Origin: an uncultured Litorivicinus sp.
GTDB taxonomy: Bacteria > Pseudomonadota > Gammaproteobacteria > Pseudomonadales > Litorivicinaceae
Direction of reading: 5' to 3'
Assembly: GCA_902558075.1 (NCBI GenBank)
Contig: CACECO010000008.1
Coordinates: 4,450 to 68,449, forward strand
Length of the DNA stretch: 64,000 nucleotides
Shown: positions 61,644 through 64,000 of the stretch, piece after piece
Layout of the letters: the number at the start of each line of letters is the position of its first letter
Numbering within the stretch: the first letter of the stretch is position 1
Program-made: the position numbers and the translations under genes
Notes under the pieces: model-generated
Databases searched by the model: none
Told to the model about the DNA's origin: nothing
The model's input: the letters and a program-made list of their open reading frames with translations, nothing else

Positions 61644-62597
61644 CGTGTATTTATTTCTACCCATCCCTACGGCGCTTTTGAGTGTAGTCCTATTGATATA
61701 CTTTGCACAAATGGTTTTGAAGTTATTCAAAACCCATGCGAGCGCAAATTGAATGAAATAGAAGTAGCAGATTTATTTCGTGAATACAAAGCAGATTACC
61801 TTATAGCAGGAACAGAGAGACTTAGTGAATATTTTTTTCGACTGAACCGCCCGAAAGCTATTTCCCGTGTTGGTGTCGGATATGACGCCGTCGACCTAAA
61901 TTTGTGTCGAGAACATGAAGTTCCGGTTTTCTTTACACCAAATGCACCTAGACAAGCTGTGGTTGATCAGGCGATCGCTTCAATATGTCACTTTGGGCAG
62001 CGAATCGACGAACATTACAACGCAATGACGAATAAAATATGGGCTCGTAAGCTTAGACGGGGGTTTCCAGATTTGACTGTAGGGATAATCGGATTTGGCC
62101 GAATTGGATCGAGCCTTGCCAGCGCTTTACATGCACTTCGTTGTAAAAGAATTATGGTTTCGGAAATCAACCCAACTGTTGTGGTTCCTGATTTTTGCGA
62201 ATCAGTTGGTCTAGATGTTGTCTTTTCTCAGTGCGATGTGGTTTGCCTTCATGCTTCTCGAGAGCCTGGATTCGACGATTTTATTGATTACGACTTATTA
62301 TCCAGAATGCGTTCACGATCGTGCTTTATCAATTTGGCGCGCGGAGAGCTAGTCGACGAAGATGCTTTGATCAGTCTGTTGAAGAGCCGTGGTGATTTAG
62401 TAGCGTATCTGGATGTCTTTAAGGAAGAGCCTTACACGGGTCCTCTCACACAATTAGCTAACTGTTTTTGTACTGCGCACCTCGGGTCTATGACGCCTTC
62501 ATCGCGAGTAGCAATGGAAACAATTTCTGCTGAAAATTTAATTTCATTTGTCACAAAAGCTGAAGTCAATGTCGATAATATTGTCTATATGCCTTAG
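61635..62597 (+). CDS. D-isomer 2-hydroxyacid dehydrogenase (phosphoglycerate dehydrogenase-like)
   Basis: IAGTE, ISRVGVGYDAVD, GIIGFGRIG, INLARG, LDVFKEEPY, AHLGS. Confidence 0.9.
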   Translation: MNHRVFISTHPYGAFECSPIDILCTNGFEVIQNPCERKLNEIEVADLFREYKADYLIAGTERLSEYFFRLNRPKAISRVGVGYDAVDLNLCREHEVPVFFTPNAPRQAVVDQAIASICHFGQRIDEHYNAMTNKIWARKLRRGFPDLTVGIIGFGRIGSSLASALHALRCKRIMVSEINPTVVVPDFCESVGLDVVFSQCDVVCLHASREPGFDDFIDYDLLSRMRSRSCFINLARGELVDEDALISLLKSRGDLVAYLDVFKEEPYTGPLTQLANCFCTAHLGSMTPSSRVAMETISAENLISFVTKAEVNVDNIVYMP

Positions 62598-63153
62598 TGC
62601 ATTTTTTGCGTTAGCCGTGAGTATCGAATTAGTCGGTTCAACTGAGATATCGAAGCCGACTACGGAAGACTATGCGGAAGAACGGCTTAATCGTACACTG
62701 TCTGGTAAAAATATGAACGTGTTTGGACCTTTACCAGCTTTAAACCTGAAGATTATTAGGCAAGACGTTGAGACTAAGTTGGAGTTAAAGTCCCAAAGTT
62801 TGGTAAACCCGGTATTTTCGAGGTATATGGCGATTTACGATCAAGGGACCGCGTCAAAACATTTCATGGTAACAACCAATCATCCAATGATTGGGATCCA
62901 AATGGGCAAAATAATGTTGTTTCCTGATGAAGAATATGTTTCTAGGTTCACGTTGAATACTGTTACCAAGATTTTTGAATTTATATGGGGCAAAGAATCT
63001 TTTAAATTTTTCTCCGAGAGACTGATAAAAAAGCAAAGAACTTACTATTCTGTAAATTTGATAAAATTTTTTTGGGTCTTGGGTCTTTTTTTAGGCTTTC
63101 TGAGTCTATTTTTTTCGACGAAAATATTATATTTTTCTACAACAAATGAATAA
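62548..63153 (+). CDS. Hypothetical membrane protein
   Basis: N- and C-terminal hydrophobic helices; overlaps both neighbours; start likely ATG 62569. Confidence 0.6.
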   Translation: MSQKLKSMSIILSICLSAFFALAVSIELVGSTEISKPTTEDYAEERLNRTLSGKNMNVFGPLPALNLKIIRQDVETKLELKSQSLVNPVFSRYMAIYDQGTASKHFMVTTNHPMIGIQMGKIMLFPDEEYVSRFTLNTVTKIFEFIWGKESFKFFSERLIKKQRTYYSVNLIKFFWVLGLFLGFLSLFFSTKILYFSTTNE

Positions 63154-64000
63154 TTTGATTATAGAAGATTATTGCGCGTTCAATGGCGATGACCCATCCA
63201 ATCAATCCTTTATGAGTTTAACTGGGTTTAACGATAACTCGTGTGAGATTCTAGGCGCGGAAAATAATGTATGGTTGCGCAATAAATTAGAGAACCATAG
63301 AAATAAATTTTCGAGCACACTATCGCAATATTTGCGCGACGAGATGGTCATTTCATGCAAATTTCAAGGGCATGACTACCTTGAAAGCCCTATAGTTACA
63401 ACATTACAAAAACTACTGATCTGTCATGAAGGCACGATCGATAAGACGATTGATTATGGAGGTTCTAGTACAGCAGTAAATTATTTACTGAATAATAAGC
63501 AAAAGAATTTTTTTTCTATAAAAAAATGCATACATATTGCTGTGATATTTTTTAAAAAAATTATAGCGATTGGATTCAAATTTTTCTTAAATTTTTCTGG
63601 TAAAAGACAGGGCAACACATACACAACGCTCATATATACCATTCCGATATCCCTAAAGAAACAAGATGAACGGCTGAATTGCCGATACTGGGGTGATCAA
63701 TTTTCTGAGTTGCTGAATCATGAACGAACTTGCTTAATGATGCGTTCTGGACGAAACCGGTACGAATCAGAAGCGAGATTTATTCATGAATATGACTTAT
63801 TACCATTTTATGTCTTTCCTACCTTTTGCTGGTTATGTCTAAGAGATTTATGGCGACGCGGTAAAGCACTGGCCAAGGTTTCAAAGCTTGAGGAAGAGGG
63901 AAGAACCGAACCGAATGGTGAACAGATGTGTCGTTGGTATTGGATCGATTCAGCGGTGGATGATCTCGTCGAAGACACCCTCACTCATGTGCTCTACAGT
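63146..64000 (+). CDS. Hypothetical surface carbohydrate biosynthesis protein (possibly TIGR04326-like), truncated by the window edge
   Basis: Open frame from ATG 63146 (MNNLIIEDYC..NCRYWGDQF..) to the end with no stop seen; not in the ORF track. Confidence 0.6.
   Translation, partial: MNNLIIEDYCAFNGDDPSNQSFMSLTGFNDNSCEILGAENNVWLRNKLENHRNKFSSTLSQYLRDEMVISCKFQGHDYLESPIVTTLQKLLICHEGTIDKTIDYGGSSTAVNYLLNNKQKNFFSIKKCIHIAVIFFKKIIAIGFKFFLNFSGKRQGNTYTTLIYTIPISLKKQDERLNCRYWGDQFSELLNHERTCLMMRSGRNRYESEARFIHEYDLLPFYVFPTFCWLCLRDLWRRGKALAKVSKLEEEGRTEPNGEQMCRWYWIDSAVDDLVEDTLTHVLYS

Larger units (their letters stand above)
15733..64000. other. Surface polysaccharide/glycan biosynthesis genomic island (continues past the right edge)
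   Basis: About 50 consecutive glycosyltransferase, nucleotide-sugar and modification genes; visibly AT-richer than 1-12.7 kb. Confidence 0.93.

Overview
Gammaproteobacterial chromosome segment, plausibly from a marine oligotroph (taxon is an impression only). 1-12.7 kb is a conserved housekeeping block: valS (5' part), holC, pepA, lptF-lptG, an RDD protein, a Bax-like glucosaminidase, a GT2, tRNA-Leu(CAA), queA-tgt and yajC-secD-secF. Next come a hairpin-rich spacer and a major porin gene with a structured leader and terminator. From about 15.7 kb to the window end lies a visibly AT-richer surface-glycan island with no integrase, IS or CRISPR seen. It includes a run of 43 co-oriented, tightly packed genes (19260-60858). 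The island encodes heptose enzymes interleaved with a C-methyl-sugar cassette, a nonulosonate pathway, a CDP-6-deoxyhexose cassette with an O-methyltransferase, a GDP-mannose 3,5-epimerase, two sulfotransferase-like genes and a cytidylyltransferase/radical-SAM module. The best candidates for new biology are (1) a hybrid nonulosonate pathway with a legionaminate-type front end, no aminotransferase in the window and a Neu5Ac-clade synthase, and (2) the radical SAM sugar module. All family calls come from motif recognition by eye, not database searches.
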